Source: Bacilli bacterium (lineage in GTDB: Bacteria; Bacillota_I; Bacilli_A; RF39; UBA660). Taken from it: a stretch of 64,000 nucleotides of DNA. The notes beneath the pieces are model-generated. The model saw nothing but the letters and a program-made list of their open reading frames with translations. It had not been told where the DNA came from and made no database searches. This document shows, in pieces, positions 19,708 to 29,583 of this stretch; positions within the stretch are counted from its first letter, which is position 1; each line of letters starts with the position of its first letter. Position numbers and translations under genes: made by a program. The stretch is from the NCBI GenBank assembly GCA_017410525.1, contig JAFQQQ010000002.1, positions 205,591 through 269,590 of the forward strand, written 5' to 3'.

Positions 19708-20248
19708 TATTATAGTGGGATGCGATTTACATAATACTTTGTTATTAAGCAATGAAGCTTGGATAAAAGCATTTATAAGTCTTAATTCTAAATTGGATAT
19801 AAATGAAATTTCTAATTTTATATATAGTAAAAAATCAAGAAAAGAAATGGCTAGATTATATAATATTGATTATAATGTATTATTAAATACTTATCATAAA
19901 AATTGTATTCCTAATATAAAATTATTAAATTTTATTAAAGAACTTAAAGTTAAAGGGTTTCCTATTGTTTTAATTTCTTCATCAAGCGAAGAAAAAGTAA
20001 AAAAAGATTTAGAGAAACTAAAAGAATATATTTCTTTTGATAAAATTTATACAAAAGAAACATTTTCTAAAAGTGTTTCTAAAGATTGGGATATGGTTAT
20101 AAAAGAATATAGAGCAAAATTTATGGTATATATAGGAAATGACTATGATGAAGATATAATACATAATGATAAAGTAATATCTATTCTTTCAGGACATTTT
20201 TTTACAGAATTGAAAAAAAACGGTTTTTTAGAAGAAAGAGGTAAATAA
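19697..20248 (+). CDS. HAD-like hydrolase (atypical motif I)
   Basis: N-terminal VGCDLHNTLL (DxHxT in place of DxDxT), Rossmann-like remainder. Overlaps the previous gene by 11 nt. Confidence 0.4.
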   Translation: MKNNIIVGCDLHNTLLLSNEAWIKAFISLNSKLDINEISNFIYSKKSRKEMARLYNIDYNVLLNTYHKNCIPNIKLLNFIKELKVKGFPIVLISSSSEEKVKKDLEKLKEYISFDKIYTKETFSKSVSKDWDMVIKEYRAKFMVYIGNDYDEDIIHNDKVISILSGHFFTELKKNGFLEERGK

Positions 20249-20250
20249 AA

Positions 20251-21168
20251 ATGGAAATATATTTAAAAAAAGAAGATATAGAAAGTTATCTAATAAATCA
20301 GGAAGAAAATATAAAAAACATGATTGATAATTTAGATTCAAGTTGGCCACATTATAATGCAGTGAAAAAATTATTAGAAGAGACTATGTTAGAAATAAAA
20401 AGAAAAGATATACATTGTAATGCTGTTTTATCTTCTACTAAGCATGAACGAAAAATAGAAAAATATGTAAATTGGGTTGAGGTTTATAGACTAGCAAATT
20501 ATCATTTTTCAAAATATACTAGTAGTAATACTTCTTATAGTGAAGGATTGTTTTCAACATTACTTGCGTTAAATAGTATGTATATACATAATAAAAAAAT
20601 TAAGGATATTGGAATAATTGGTTGTGGTCCAGGAAGAAGCGTTTTAGATTTTTCTTTAGCTTATCCAGATGCCACTATTTATGGTTTAGATTATTCCTTA
20701 GTTTCCTTAGTTTTAGCAAGAAATATTGTTAGTACAAATAATAAAAATATTGAGATTATAAGAAGAGATGATGAAGTAGTATTAGATAAAGTTGAAAGCT
20801 TTAATAGGACAAATTGTAAATGGGGAATGTTTGATTTAACTAAATCTAATTTAAATGAAAAATTTGATATCGTAGTATGTTCAAATGTAATAAATTTAAT
20901 GCCTAATCATAAAGATGCTATAAATAAAATTTATGATATGATAAAACCTAATGGATATTTAATATATGCTGATTTAACTGGTTGGAGATTAGATAGAAAG
21001 AAAGAACAACAATTACTTTCTGATAAAAAAGCTATAAAAAATAGTTTTGAAAACGTAGGCTTTGAAACTATAGAATGTTTTGATGGTGGACCATATATAG
21101 AAAAAGAAAATAAAGATAATTTCACGTTTTATAAACAAACTTATTATATAGGAAGGAAGGTAAAATGA
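20251..21168 (+). CDS. Class I SAM-dependent methyltransferase
   Basis: Motif I IGIIGCGPGRSVLDF, motif post-I DYS, 305 aa. Confidence 0.65.
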   Translation: MEIYLKKEDIESYLINQEENIKNMIDNLDSSWPHYNAVKKLLEETMLEIKRKDIHCNAVLSSTKHERKIEKYVNWVEVYRLANYHFSKYTSSNTSYSEGLFSTLLALNSMYIHNKKIKDIGIIGCGPGRSVLDFSLAYPDATIYGLDYSLVSLVLARNIVSTNNKNIEIIRRDDEVVLDKVESFNRTNCKWGMFDLTKSNLNEKFDIVVCSNVINLMPNHKDAINKIYDMIKPNGYLIYADLTGWRLDRKKEQQLLSDKKAIKNSFENVGFETIECFDGGPYIEKENKDNFTFYKQTYYIGRKVK

Positions 21169-21824
21169 AAAATATAATATTATTAAGTGGACCTGATAAA
21201 ACAAAATATTTTGCTAAGGAAATATCAAAAGAAATAAAAAATAACGTTACGCATCCAACAAATATGGTTGTAATACCGGCTGATCCAAATAATTATGAAA
21301 AAAATGATAAACAATTTAAAGGGAATGAAAGTGTAGTTGGAGTATTTAAAACATTTAAAAAAATATTTCCAGATATAAATATTGTTTTGTTAGATAATAG
21401 AGTAGATTCTACAAGTGGATTAAACAAGTTGAAGAAAGCAGATATTATTTATCTACTTGGTGGAAATCCTTTTATTCAATTAGAATACTTGCAAAAAAAT
21501 AATTATAGTGATACAATATGCAGCACAAATGCATTGGTTATGGGAGTTAGTGCTGGATCAATGAATTTAGCTGTTGATTCTTATTATTCTAAAGATGAGG
21601 ATTATCCAGAAAGTGTAATTTATAAAGGATTAGGAATTGTTGACATGACTATAGATCCACATTTTGATATTAACAATGAAGAACAGGTTAAAGAAATAAA
21701 AGTTAATTCAAAAGATAGAAAAATTATTGGTTTACCAAATGATTCAGCAATAATTGTTTCAAATAATAATATAAAATATATTGGTGATATTTATTTATTT
21801 GAAAATGGTGAATTAACTAATTAA
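21165..21824 (+). CDS. Peptidase S51 (dipeptidase E / cyanophycinase-like) family protein
   Basis: GGNPF..., the nucleophile elbow GVSAGS and a downstream His region. Overlaps the previous gene by 4 nt. Confidence 0.55.
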   Translation: MKNIILLSGPDKTKYFAKEISKEIKNNVTHPTNMVVIPADPNNYEKNDKQFKGNESVVGVFKTFKKIFPDINIVLLDNRVDSTSGLNKLKKADIIYLLGGNPFIQLEYLQKNNYSDTICSTNALVMGVSAGSMNLAVDSYYSKDEDYPESVIYKGLGIVDMTIDPHFDINNEEQVKEIKVNSKDRKIIGLPNDSAIIVSNNNIKYIGDIYLFENGELTN

Positions 21825-21855
21825 TTAGTTAGTTTACAAGATAGGGGGAATTGGA

Positions 21856-23433
21856 ATGAATTGGGCATTAGAAGAAGCAAAAAAATTAGTTGAAAAGCAT
21901 CCTGAAAAGGAAGAATTTGTAATCGCATCGGGGGTTAGTCCATCTGGATTTATACACATAGGAAATTTTAGAGAAATCGTTACTACATTTTTTGTAGGTA
22001 AAGAATTAGAAAATTTAGGGAAAAAAGTTAGATTTATATTATCGTTTGATGATTTTGATAGATTTAGAAAAGTTCCTAAAGGAATGCCGGAAAGTTATAG
22101 TAAGTATATAGGAATGCCTTATACTAGTATACCTAGTCCATTTAGTGAAAATAAAACTTATGCTAAAGAAATGGAAGATATATTTGTAAGTGAATTAAAT
22201 AGACTAGGAATTAATCCTGAAACCATATCTCAAACAGAACAATATAAAAGTGGAAGATATGATGATAAAATTAAATTAGCTATGGAACAAAGAAAAAAAA
22301 TATTTGATATAATGGCTAATTATAAAACTCAAGAATTTACAGAAGAAGATAGAAATAATTATTATCCTATAAGTTTATATTGTGAAGAATGTGGTAAAGA
22401 TTCAACAACTATATTAAATTATAATGATGTAACAGGTGATGTAGAATATAAATGTACTTGTGGGCATCATCATATTCAAAATATAAATAAATGTGGTAAT
22501 ATAAAGTTACAATGGAAAATTGATTGGCCAATGAGATGGCAAAAAGAAGGGGTAATTTTTGAACCAGGTGGTAGAGATCATTCTGCAGAAAATGGAAGTT
22601 ATGCTGTATCAAAAGAAATATCTAAACGAATTTTTGAATATGAAGCACCATCCTATGTAGCCTATGATTTTATTGGTATTAAAGGCGCTAATGGTAAAAT
22701 GGCTTCATCAACAGGAAATGTTTTAACATTAACTGATTTATTAAGTGTTTATGATAAAAATATAATATTATGGTTTTATGCCAAAAATAGACCTAATCAT
22801 CAATTTAATATAGCGCTTGATGAAGATGTATTAAGATTCTATACAGAATATGATAGGATGGTAAAAGCATATTTTGAAGGTAAATTAGATGATAAAAATT
22901 CTAGTATTATATCATTAACAGGAGTAACTAGTGGGTATGTTAATAATCCTAATTTTGGATATATAGCAAACTTTTTACCGATGGTAAGTTATAAAGAAGA
23001 AGCACTTGCAAAATTATTAAGTAAAGAAAATATTGATTGTTCTACATTATATTTTAAAAATAGATTACTAAGAGCAACCAATTGGTTAGAAAAATATAAT
23101 AATAGTAAAATAAAAGTGTTAGATGAATTTAATCAAGAATATTATGAAACATTAAGTGATGAAGAAAAAGAATGGTTAGAAAAAACTTTAGTTGTTTTAC
23201 AAAATGAATATGAAACTACTCAGGATTTACAAACAGATTTATATGCTATTGTAAAAAATGGTATAGAAGATTCTAAAGAATTAAAAAATAAACAAAGAAG
23301 ATATTTTCAGATAATTTATAATTTAATTATAGGAAAAGATAATGGACCAAAAATGGGATTATTGCTATCTGCAATGGATTATGAAGTTGTAAAATCTAAA
23401 TTGCAAAAATCAAAAGAAAAAAAATTAAGATAA
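21856..23433 (+). CDS. lysK: Class I lysyl-tRNA synthetase (LysK-type)
   Basis: ASGVSPSGFIHIGNFREIVT (HIGH-equivalent of class-I LysRS) and KMASSTGN (KMSKS). 525 aa. Only 32 nt after the previous gene, so no T-box leader is possible. Confidence 0.8.
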   Translation: MNWALEEAKKLVEKHPEKEEFVIASGVSPSGFIHIGNFREIVTTFFVGKELENLGKKVRFILSFDDFDRFRKVPKGMPESYSKYIGMPYTSIPSPFSENKTYAKEMEDIFVSELNRLGINPETISQTEQYKSGRYDDKIKLAMEQRKKIFDIMANYKTQEFTEEDRNNYYPISLYCEECGKDSTTILNYNDVTGDVEYKCTCGHHHIQNINKCGNIKLQWKIDWPMRWQKEGVIFEPGGRDHSAENGSYAVSKEISKRIFEYEAPSYVAYDFIGIKGANGKMASSTGNVLTLTDLLSVYDKNIILWFYAKNRPNHQFNIALDEDVLRFYTEYDRMVKAYFEGKLDDKNSSIISLTGVTSGYVNNPNFGYIANFLPMVSYKEEALAKLLSKENIDCSTLYFKNRLLRATNWLEKYNNSKIKVLDEFNQEYYETLSDEEKEWLEKTLVVLQNEYETTQDLQTDLYAIVKNGIEDSKELKNKQRRYFQIIYNLIIGKDNGPKMGLLLSAMDYEVVKSKLQKSKEKKLR

Positions 23434-23456
23434 ACTAAATTTGTTTATCTTTTTTG
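23428..23456 (+). terminator. Rho-independent terminator ending the 14.5-23.4 kb operon
   Basis: AGATAAAC-loop-GTTTATCT followed by TTTTTT, immediately after the lysK stop. Confidence 0.55.
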
Positions 23457-23514
23457 TGTTATAATAAGATTGTAGGGGATAAGTATAATGAAAAAAATTA
23501 TTTAAGGAGGAAAT

Positions 23515-23997
23515 ATGATAAGAGAAGCTTTAGAAAAAGATGCTGAGAGAATTGTATATATTAATGTAATGTCTTGGAAAAATACGTATAAACATATTTT
23601 TCCACAAGATTTTTTAGATAGTCTTAATCCTATGAGTATTGATAATATTGAAAAATGTAAGAAAAAAATAAATCAATATATAGTATATGAAGTTGATAAT
23701 AAGGTAGTAGGGTTTGCTAGATTTGGATTAAATAAGAAAAATTATGGTAATGAGTATGGAGAAATACATGCTTTATATTTAGATGATAATTATAAGGGAA
23801 TGAATATAGGAACTGAGCTTGTAAAGTATATATTTGAAAAATTGAAGTCAACATATAAATATGTCTTGATAAGTACTTTAGTTGAAAATAATGCTAATAC
23901 ATTTTATAAAAAATTAGGTGGAAAATTTATAGGTCAAAGTGAATTTGAATTAGAAGGTAAAAAATATTTAGAAAATGTATATGAATATGTTTTATAA
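23515..23997 (+). CDS. GNAT family N-acetyltransferase
   Basis: 160 aa with an acetyl-CoA-binding motif region (..VVGFARFGL...GMNIGTELV..). Own extended -10 (TGTTATAAT) upstream. Confidence 0.65.
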   Translation: MIREALEKDAERIVYINVMSWKNTYKHIFPQDFLDSLNPMSIDNIEKCKKKINQYIVYEVDNKVVGFARFGLNKKNYGNEYGEIHALYLDDNYKGMNIGTELVKYIFEKLKSTYKYVLISTLVENNANTFYKKLGGKFIGQSEFELEGKKYLENVYEYVL

Positions 23998-24059
23998 TTG
24001 ATATAAAAATATATATAACTATAATAAGAAAGATTTCTATTTTTATAGAAATAAAAAAG

Positions 24060-24767
24060 GTGTTTATGAATAAATTTTTAAAAGATATAGAATTTGATAA
24101 TGAATATATAAATTCATGTATAACTAAAGTAGATAATAAATTAAAAGAATATATAAACAATAAAATATTACCTGAATATGATTTAAATGATGAAGGTCAT
24201 AATAAAAATCATATAGAGTTTGTTCTTAAAAGAGCGCTTGAACTAAGTAAAAATTATGATATAAATTACAATATTTTATATGTGTCTGTTAGTTTTCATG
24301 ATATTGCTTGTCATATAAATAGAGAAGAACATGAAGTTTTATCTGCTAATATAGCTTATAAAGATGAATTTTTAAATAAATTCTTTAATAAAGAAGAATT
24401 AACTATAATAAAAGAAGCAATAGAAGACCACAGGGCATCTTCAGATAAAATACCACGTAATATATATGGAAAAATATTATCTTCAGCTGATAGAAAAGTA
24501 GATATAAAAACATATTTGATTTCCTCTTTATTCTTTCAAGTAACAGATATTAGTAATTTAGATATGAATGAAGCAATAGAACAATCTTATAATCATGCTA
24601 TTAAAAAATTTGGTAAGAATGGGTATGCTACTAATAAGTTTTACGTAGATGACAAAAGATATAAAGAATTTCTTACAAACTTACAATATCTAATTGATAA
24701 TAAAGATGAGTTTTATAAATTAGCTGAAATAGTATTTAATGAAGTTAAAAGCAATAAAAAGAATTAA
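24060..24767 (+). CDS. HD-domain phosphohydrolase
   Basis: H...HD pattern (NHIEFV ... VSFHDIACH) and a later D (SSADRK). Confidence 0.55.
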   Translation: MFMNKFLKDIEFDNEYINSCITKVDNKLKEYINNKILPEYDLNDEGHNKNHIEFVLKRALELSKNYDINYNILYVSVSFHDIACHINREEHEVLSANIAYKDEFLNKFFNKEELTIIKEAIEDHRASSDKIPRNIYGKILSSADRKVDIKTYLISSLFFQVTDISNLDMNEAIEQSYNHAIKKFGKNGYATNKFYVDDKRYKEFLTNLQYLIDNKDEFYKLAEIVFNEVKSNKKN

Positions 24768-24865
24768 ATTTGAAACATATATATTTTTTATACATAAAAA
24801 AGACTATTTCATACAAACATATTGATTTTTAACTAAAAAAATATATTATATAATTAAATATTTAA

Positions 24866-24895
24866 TTTAGATAAACATTTAGTTTATCTTTTTTA
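24866..24895 (+). terminator. Terminator hairpin GATAAAC..GTTTATC + T-run
   Basis: Inverted repeat followed by TTTTTTATTATTTTTT between the HD gene and the ligase gene. Confidence 0.45.
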
Positions 24896-25001
24896 TTATT
24901 TTTTAACACATTTTTGTTGAAATGAGTTGTTGGAATGTGCTAAAATATATTTGTAATTAAAGATATGTTGCAGATTATTAAATCGATTGGGGGAAACGAT
25001 T

Positions 25002-26807
25002 ATGGAAAATAAAAAATTTGTTTTTGATAAGGAAGGCAGTAAAAAAATTACGGGATTTGCTTCTATAGATAAACCTTGGAATAGATTTTATAGAAAAGAA
25101 CCTATTAGAGAAATTAAGTTAAATCAAACTATTTATGATATGGTATTTGGTGAAAACATTAATAATATGGATGACGATGCTCTGGGATATTTAGGAGTTA
25201 GCTTAACTTTCAATCAATTAAAAGCTAAAGTTGACCAATTTGCAGATGCGTTACTTAAATCTGGTTTAAATAGCGGTGACGTAGTTTTAATGGGGGTTTC
25301 TAATTCTCCTGAATCTATCATAGCATTATTAGCATTAAATAAAATTGGTGTAGTTTCTAAGTGGTTTGATATTAGAGCAAGTGAAAAAGATATAGAAACA
25401 TATGCAAAATCAAGTAATTGTAATTATATGATTGCATTCGATATGTTAATACCTAAAATAGAAAAAACATTATCGAATGTGGATTTTAATAAAATAATAA
25501 TAATAAATCCAACAGATTCTTTACCAAAAATTAAACAAGAATTATATAAACTTCAATGTAAGAAAAATGGAACATATGTAAAAATGCCTTCGGATAAGAG
25601 ATTTGTTAGGTTTAATAATTTTATGAAATTAGGAAGCAATAATTCAAAATTAGAAAGTGTCCAATTTGATGCCACAAAACCTTCAATTATGATACAATCA
25701 AGTGGTACTACGGGTAAACCAAAAACTATAGTTCATTCTGATTCTTCTTGTGTTAATTGTACTCATAAAATGGCTTATACAGATTTACCGTTAGGTAGAG
25801 GTAAAAAGATGTTAGTAGCTTTACCGCCTTGGATTGCATATGGATTAGGTAATGCCATAATAATGCCTTTATCATATGGAACTAAGGTAGAACTTAGCCC
25901 TAATTTTGATCCTAATGCTGTATTAAAAAATATAGGTAAGTTTACTATTTCTTTTGCAGCTCCATTTCATTATCGTTATTTAAAAGAACATTTTTCAGAA
26001 TTAACTGAAAAGCAAAAAGAAGCTTTTAAAATGGTTGAATGCTTAGCGTCTGGTGGAGACAAAATGTCTATAGAAGAAAATAACGATTTTGAGAAGACCT
26101 TTGGCGTTGTACTTATAAATGGTTATGGTAACAATGAAGGTTGGGGGGTATTAACTGTAAATCCTACACTTCATAATAAATATGGTACAGTTGGTATACC
26201 TAAATTTGGCGATTTAGTAATCAGTTATGATACTGACAATGAAAAAGAAAATGCATATGGTGAGTGGGGAGAAATATGCTCATTAACTGATACTTCAATG
26301 TTGTATTACGAAGATAATTTAGAAGAAACTAAAAAAACTTTACAAACTCATCCAGATGGTAAAGTTTGGATACATACTGGAGATTTAGGTTTTATAGATG
26401 AAGATGGTTTTATTCATTTAGGTGGAAGAGCTAGACGAGTTATTGTAAGGCTAGGATTTAAAATATCTGCATATACAATAGAAGATAAATTATCTGAACA
26501 TCCAGCAGTAAAAGAATGTGTTGCGGTTTCTGTAAAAGATGCTGAAGAAGAACATGTTCCAATGGTATACATAATTTTAAAAGACGAGTATAAAGCATTA
26601 TCTGATACAATAGAAAATGATATATATGTAAAATTGTCACAAGAATTAAAAGAATATGAAATACCAAAATATTTTAGAATTGTTGATAGTTTACCATATA
26701 CTCAAAATGGTAAATATGATTTTGTTTCTTTAGAAAAATATGGTAACGAATATGTTGATAGTTTAGATTCAAACGATAAAATATTTAAAAAGAAAATAGG
26801 TGATTAA
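25002..26807 (+). CDS. AMP-dependent synthetase/ligase (adenylate-forming enzyme, acyl-CoA-ligase-like)
   Basis: AMP-binding P-loop SSGTTGKPKT, GYG.NE and the C-terminal hinge. Start moved to ATG 25002 after RBS TGGGGGA. Confidence 0.8.
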   Translation: MENKKFVFDKEGSKKITGFASIDKPWNRFYRKEPIREIKLNQTIYDMVFGENINNMDDDALGYLGVSLTFNQLKAKVDQFADALLKSGLNSGDVVLMGVSNSPESIIALLALNKIGVVSKWFDIRASEKDIETYAKSSNCNYMIAFDMLIPKIEKTLSNVDFNKIIIINPTDSLPKIKQELYKLQCKKNGTYVKMPSDKRFVRFNNFMKLGSNNSKLESVQFDATKPSIMIQSSGTTGKPKTIVHSDSSCVNCTHKMAYTDLPLGRGKKMLVALPPWIAYGLGNAIIMPLSYGTKVELSPNFDPNAVLKNIGKFTISFAAPFHYRYLKEHFSELTEKQKEAFKMVECLASGGDKMSIEENNDFEKTFGVVLINGYGNNEGWGVLTVNPTLHNKYGTVGIPKFGDLVISYDTDNEKENAYGEWGEICSLTDTSMLYYEDNLEETKKTLQTHPDGKVWIHTGDLGFIDEDGFIHLGGRARRVIVRLGFKISAYTIEDKLSEHPAVKECVAVSVKDAEEEHVPMVYIILKDEYKALSDTIENDIYVKLSQELKEYEIPKYFRIVDSLPYTQNGKYDFVSLEKYGNEYVDSLDSNDKIFKKKIGD

Positions 26808-26862
26808 ATCTATTTTCTTTTTTGTCGTTTTATGATATACTGAAATCATAGGAGGGTAAGAA

Positions 26863-29082
26863 ATGTTGTTTGGTAATATAAATAATACAATGCTATTTTC
26901 TTTGATTTCAGTTTTTTACATGATTTGCTTTGCAATTGGATTTTTTGCTCGTAAAAAAGTTAAATCTGTAGAATTAACGATATTTAAAGGTCTAATTTTA
27001 ACTAATTTAATTTCGTTGATAGTAGAAATATTATTAGTAATATTGATTTTAAATAATAGTAATTTTTTAAATATAATGTTAAGATTTTTTAATGTGTGTA
27101 TTTTTTCATATGTTTGGTTTTTCGGACTCTATAGTTATTTTGTTTTAAAAAGAAGTAAGGAACTTAATTCTAAAAGCTCTTTATTCGTTCTTTATTTAAT
27201 ATATTATTTTGTCTGTTGTATTGGAATGATGATTTCAAAAGTTGAATTGAATCCTGTAGATTTTATGCAATATTCAAAGGGGCCTAGTGTTCAAGTTTTA
27301 TTTATCGCAGTTGGAATGATTGTAATGGTAACAATTATGATGCTTTTAATAAATATAAAAAATATAAAGAAAATAAAATGCACTCCAATAATTATGTTCG
27401 TTTTGTTTATTGGTATAAATGCCATAATTCAATTTATATGGCCTCACATTTTATTGGCTAATTCTTTATTCAGTTTTGTTACATTTTTAATGTACTTTAC
27501 AATAGAAAATCCAGATATAAAGATGGTAAACCAATTAGAACTCGCTAAAGATCAAGCAGAAAAAGCAAACAATGCTAAAACTGATTTCTTAAGTAATATG
27601 TCTCATGAAATAAGAACTCCATTAAATGCTATAGTAGGATTTAGTCAATGTATAGAAAATGCTACTAACTTAGAAGAAGCAAAAGAAGATGCTAAAGATA
27701 TAGTAATGGCTTCTAATAACTTACTTGATATAGTAAATGGTATACTTGATATAAGTAAGATTGAAGCAGATAAGATGGAAATAGTTAATACTGAATATAA
27801 CCTAAAAGAAATATTAGATAATTTAGTAAAACTTATTATACCTAGAATAGGTGAAAAAGATATTGAATTAAAAACTCATTTTGCTGAAGATTTACCAGAG
27901 GTATTATATGGAGATAGTGGTAAAGTAAAACAAATTATTACTAATGTTTTAACTAATGCTGCTAAATATACTGAACAAGGTGAAATTAACTTTAAGGTTA
28001 ATTGTGTTAACGAAAAAGATAAATGCAGATTAGTTATATCTATAAGAGATACTGGTAGAGGTATTAAAACTGAACAAATAGATAAATTATTTAATAAGTT
28101 CCAAAGACTTGATGAAGACAAAAATACAACTACTGAAGGTACTGGACTTGGACTTGCTATTACTAAGAGACTTGTTGAAATGATGGGTGGTAAAATAGTA
28201 GTTCAAAGTGAATATGGAGAAGGTTCTACTTTTACAATTTATTTAACTCAAGAAATAAGAAATGGTTTATATAAAAAAGAAGAAGTTATAGAAGAAGAAA
28301 TAAGTTTTGATAGTAAAAAAGTATTATTAGTAGATGATAATAAATTAAATATTAAAGTAGGTACTAAAATATTAAGAGAATATAATCTAGATATAACACC
28401 TTGTGAAAGCGGATTTGAATGTATAAACAAAATAGAAAATGATAATAATTATGACATTATACTTTTGGATATTATGATGCCTAAAATGAGTGGTGTTGAA
28501 ACTTTAAAAAGATTAAAACAAATAGATGGTTTTGATACTCCTGTAATAGCACTTACAGCAGATGCTATTCAAGGCAGAGAAAATAAATATTTAGAAGTAG
28601 GATTTAGTGGTTATTTATCTAAACCTATTGAACATAGTGAACTAAAAAAGGTATTATCTAAATATTTAATAAGTGTTAAAAAAGAAGAAATTGAAATATT
28701 TGATGAAATCAAAAAAGATAAAAAAGATATTGATTATTTAAAAGAAAGTGGTATTGATGTAGATAGTAGTTTAGAACTTTTAGGAGATATGGAAACATAT
28801 AATGAAACTTTAAAAGATTTCTTAACTGAATGTGAAACAAGACTTCCTAAAATGAAAGAACACTTATCTAATAATGATTCAAATAATTATGCAATACTTA
28901 GCCATGCTTTAAAGAGTGATAGTAAATATTTAGGTTTTAAAAAACTTGCTGAACTATCTTTAGATCATGAATTAAAAGGTAAAGAAAATGATTTAGAATA
29001 TATTAAAGAAAATTCTAACGAACTTATGGATGAAGCAGAAAAAATAATAAATATTATTAAAAATTATTTAGGAGATGAATAA
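26863..29082 (+). CDS. Hybrid sensor histidine kinase (multi-TM sensor + HisKA + HATPase + receiver + C-terminal HPt)
   Basis: About six N-terminal TM helices, H-box [17 protein letters not shown]-boxes (GTGLGLAI), a receiver domain ([21 protein letters not shown]) and HPt-like [12 protein letters not shown]. Confidence 0.8.
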   Translation: MLFGNINNTMLFSLISVFYMICFAIGFFARKKVKSVELTIFKGLILTNLISLIVEILLVILILNNSNFLNIMLRFFNVCIFSYVWFFGLYSYFVLKRSKELNSKSSLFVLYLIYYFVCCIGMMISKVELNPVDFMQYSKGPSVQVLFIAVGMIVMVTIMMLLINIKNIKKIKCTPIIMFVLFIGINAIIQFIWPHILLANSLFSFVTFLMYFTIENPDIKMVNQLELAKDQAEKANNAKTDFLSNMSHEIRTPLNAIVGFSQCIENATNLEEAKEDAKDIVMASNNLLDIVNGILDISKIEADKMEIVNTEYNLKEILDNLVKLIIPRIGEKDIELKTHFAEDLPEVLYGDSGKVKQIITNVLTNAAKYTEQGEINFKVNCVNEKDKCRLVISIRDTGRGIKTEQIDKLFNKFQRLDEDKNTTTEGTGLGLAITKRLVEMMGGKIVVQSEYGEGSTFTIYLTQEIRNGLYKKEEVIEEEISFDSKKVLLVDDNKLNIKVGTKILREYNLDITPCESGFECINKIENDNNYDIILLDIMMPKMSGVETLKRLKQIDGFDTPVIALTADAIQGRENKYLEVGFSGYLSKPIEHSELKKVLSKYLISVKKEEIEIFDEIKKDKKDIDYLKESGIDVDSSLELLGDMETYNETLKDFLTECETRLPKMKEHLSNNDSNNYAILSHALKSDSKYLGFKKLAELSLDHELKGKENDLEYIKENSNELMDEAEKIINIIKNYLGDE

Positions 29083-29461
29083 TATGGAAAAAGCAATTAT
29101 AGTAGCTGATGATTCTATGATAGTTAAAAATATCGTAGAAAAGGCAATTGATGATGAATATATGGTTTTAAAAGCATCAAATGGTAAAGAAGCAATAAAA
29201 CATATTACTGATAAAAAATATGAAATAATTGGAATGTTACTTGATTTAAATATGCCAGAAAGTGATGGATTTATGGTATTAAATTATTTCAAAAACAATA
29301 ATTTATTTAAAAAATATCCAATTGTTATAATATCTGGAGATGATACAAAAGAAACTATAGAAAAAGCTTTTACATACGATATAGTTGATATGCTTAATAA
29401 ACCATTTTCTAAAGATAATGTTAATAGTATGGTTAATAAAATTATTAATTTTAAAAGCTAA
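29075..29461 (+). CDS. Single-domain response regulator (CheY-like receiver)
   Basis: IVADDS...LLDLNMP..DG..K..P receiver signature. The true start may be the ATG at 29084 (MEKAII). Followed by terminator AACTTAACTG..AGTTAAGTTTTTTT at 29464-29490. Confidence 0.75.
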   Translation: MNNMEKAIIVADDSMIVKNIVEKAIDDEYMVLKASNGKEAIKHITDKKYEIIGMLLDLNMPESDGFMVLNYFKNNNLFKKYPIVIISGDDTKETIEKAFTYDIVDMLNKPFSKDNVNSMVNKIINFKS

Positions 29462-29583
29462 CTTAACTGAAAAAGTTAAGTTTTTTTATTTACTTAGAGT
29501 TGGATAAATGGTATAATTGTATTAGGGTAAAAGATAATTAATATTGTAATATTTTTTTATGTGGTAACAGTAAAAAAAGGAGA

